From Candidatus Bathyarchaeota archaeon (GTDB taxonomy: Archaea; Thermoproteota; Bathyarchaeia; Bathyarchaeales; Bathycorpusculaceae), in assembly GCA_963775685.1 (NCBI GenBank), contig CAVZJV010000012.1, forward strand, positions 1-20,455: 20,455 nucleotides of DNA, read 5' to 3'. Made by a program: the position numbers and the translations under genes. Shown in pieces: positions 18,144 to 20,455 of the stretch. Position 1 is the stretch's first letter. The number at the start of each line of letters is the position of its first letter. The notes under the pieces were generated by a model. It made no database searches. It was not told the DNA's origin and saw only the letters and a list, made by a program, of their open reading frames with translations.

Positions 18144-18359
18144 GTGGCTACTGCGGGTACTGCCGGTAGTATTGGACGCTTAAAAGGTGTAATAGCGTCA
18201 ACTGCCACCTTACTGTATTTCCTCTGAGGCTTATCTGGGGCTTTCGCTGTTTTTGCGCTTGTTCAATTAGTAGGAGCAATAGGGATTTTTGTGCTCTATA
18301 TGGAAACCAAGGAAATAACTTGGGGAAAAATAATAATGGCCATAAAATTAGATAATTAA
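18144..18359 (+). pseudogene. C-terminal remnant of an MFS transporter
   Basis: AGTAGSIGRLKGVIAS...LYFL*GLSGAFAVFALV...METKEIT, resembling the last two TM helices and ETK motif of sugar-porter-type MFS proteins; internal TGA. Confidence 0.55.
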
Positions 18360-18606
18360 CTTCGATAAAGAATCATGTTTGTAGCAACTTCGCTAAGAGC
18401 CTTAACAGCTCGAAAGGACAACAATATTCCCAGATAATGTGTCGTTCTACTATCCTTTGCGTGAGAAACGGAGAGCCCATGACTCAATCTCTATTGCAAC
18501 AAATTCGAAAAAAATTTTAAGGGCTTCGACCTTTGTTGCATGTAGATTTGATAATTTAGGGGAAATCAACGTTTCTTTATCAAAAGATGCTACATTAAAG
18601 AAAAAA

Positions 18607-20455
18607 TTGGTTGGATTTGTAGCCTCCAAAGATTCGGTCGATTCCTCAAATTTTTGTCAATTGCCTTCGAATAGAAAGCGCCTGCAAGCGATTCTAGAGA
18701 GTATACCTTCAGCTATAGTGGTTATGGAAAAGCCAGATGGCATAATTACCTACGCTAATAAAAGGGCGATAGAGCTTCATGGAATTAACCCATGTGGTCT
18801 TAAGATTGATGAGCATACATCTAAACTGAAAATCTCAACGTTGGCTGGCAAACTTTTCTCACCAGAAGAACTCTATACTTATAAAGCGTTGTTTCAAGGC
18901 GAAACAACACGCAATGCGCAGGCAGTAATAAAGCGTCCAGATGGAAAACTGTTTTGTTGTAAATATAAGTGTAAAACCACTAACCGATGAAGTAGGAAAC
19001 ATCAATGAATGTATAGCTATTTTTGATGATGTCACTTCCTACTTCAAGGCTCAAGAATCGCTTAGGAAAAGCGAAGAACGACTTAATCGAGCGCAAACGA
19101 TTGCTAAGTTAGGAAGCTGGGAGTACAATGTGCAAGAAGACAAATCTATTTGGTCTATTGAATTGTTTCATATATTTGGTTTAAAGCCCCAGCCATATGG
19201 CCCGAACGTTAAGTCATACATTAGTTTAATTCATCCTGACGACCAAGAAAGAGTACTGAAGCAATCTCAACAAATAAAGATAAAAGAGGTTTTAAAACTT
19301 GAATACCGCGTAATTTCTTCCAATGGCTTGGCTCGAACTATTTATTCAGAACGGATGGTGCAAGAAGTAGATGAGCATGGAGTCCCAAAAATTATAATAG
19401 GAATAGAGCAGGACATAACCGACCGGAAACAAGCTGAAAAAGCTTTAAAACAAAGTGAAGAGCGCTATCGTACGCTATTCAGCAACATTGGCGAAGCGTT
19501 TGCCTTACATGAAATGTTATTTGACAGTCGAGGTGTCCCAAATGACTATCGTTTTCTTGAGGTGAATGCAGCTTTTGAGAGGCAAACAGGTCTTAGGGCG
19601 GAACAAATTATAGGCAGAACTGTTCGTGAGGTGCTTCCTGACCTGGAGCCGTTTTGGATAGAGACCTATGGCAGAGTGGCAGTAACTGGCGAACCTGTAA
19701 GATTTGAAAATTATAATCAAAGTCTAAAGCGGCACTATGAAGTGTATGCTTTTCGTCCTGCTGAAGGAAGATTTGCAGCGACATTTACTGACATAACCGA
19801 GCGAAAAAACTTGCAGCATAGACTCGAAGAATATACTAAGGATTTGGAAAAGCTTGTTGAGGAGCGTACCCGACAGTTACGTGATGCTGAGCGTTTGGCA
19901 ACTATTGGGCAAGTTGCAGGTATGGTTGGACATGACATACGCAACCCCTTGCAGGCAATTGTTAACGAGTTGTACTATGCAAGGCAAGAAATGGCTGAGC
20001 GCGTTAAAGATAGAAATGCGCAAGACGCTTTAGAAAGTTTAGACATTATCCAAGAGCAAACTGACTATATTAGCAAAATTGTCTCAGATCTGCAAGATTA
20101 TGCCAAGCCGCTAAAGCCTGAATTAGTTGTGGTTGATATTTGTCAACTTGTTCCTGAAGCACTAAAAAATGTTGATATTCCTAATAATATCCAATTAAGT
20201 GCGTTATGCGAAGAATCCATTCCGCCATTGAAGCTGGATCCAACATTTATGAGGCGAATTTTGAGTAACTTGACTAACAATGCAATTCAAGCTATGCCCA
20301 ACGGGGGAAAATTAACTGTGAAAACTTCTAAAAAAGACAATAGGGCTATAATCACGGTCGAGGATACTGGCGTTGGCATACCTGAGGAGGTTAAGACAAA
20401 ATTGTTTACTCCATTGTTTACCACTAAAGCCAAAGGGCAAGGTTTTGGCTTGCCT
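18607..20455 (+). CDS. cytoplasmic multi-PAS sensor histidine kinase (3' truncated by window; +1 frameshift at TTTT 18952-18955)
   Basis: PAS1 (LQAILESIPSAIVV...YANKRA), PAS2 (AQTIAKLGSWEY...IHPDDQE), PAS3 (SEERYRTLF...FLEVNAAFE...DITERK), GHDIRNPLQ, NLTNNAIQA, DTGVGIP, LFTPLFTTKAKGQGFGL. Start uncertain (18439-18607). Confidence 0.88.

Noticed and set aside
19517-19944. minus-strand ORFs 19517..19720 and 19735..19944
   Set aside because: Shadows of the PAS histidine kinase

Overview
AT-rich archaeal accessory region, most likely Bathyarchaeia. This is inferred from the gene families: the C-terminal part of a PQQ-type beta-propeller surface protein, small wHTH and Zn-finger proteins, and HDxRNPL histidine kinases. 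Genes include small wHTH regulators, a wHTH+DUF1724/FilR1-type regulator next to a UbiA-family prenyltransferase, an Afp15-like AAA+ protein with a broken Walker A, an AlkZ-like glycosylase with a VOC protein, a nuclease-like wHTH protein, PfpI, two histidine kinases and several decayed genes. Many genes are split by 1-nt indels in homopolymers, which suggests read or assembly error, while a few carry real nonsense lesions. The two strongest leads are (i) the regulator-prenyltransferase pair, which shares an AATCCATAT inverted-repeat motif upstream of both genes (candidate signal synthase/receptor module), and (ii) a ~120-170 bp G/T-rich non-coding repeat present at least three times, with a variable internal 10-mer tandem array. 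No rRNA, intact tRNA, CRISPR array, transposase or integrase was seen. All family calls come from motif recognition, not database searches.
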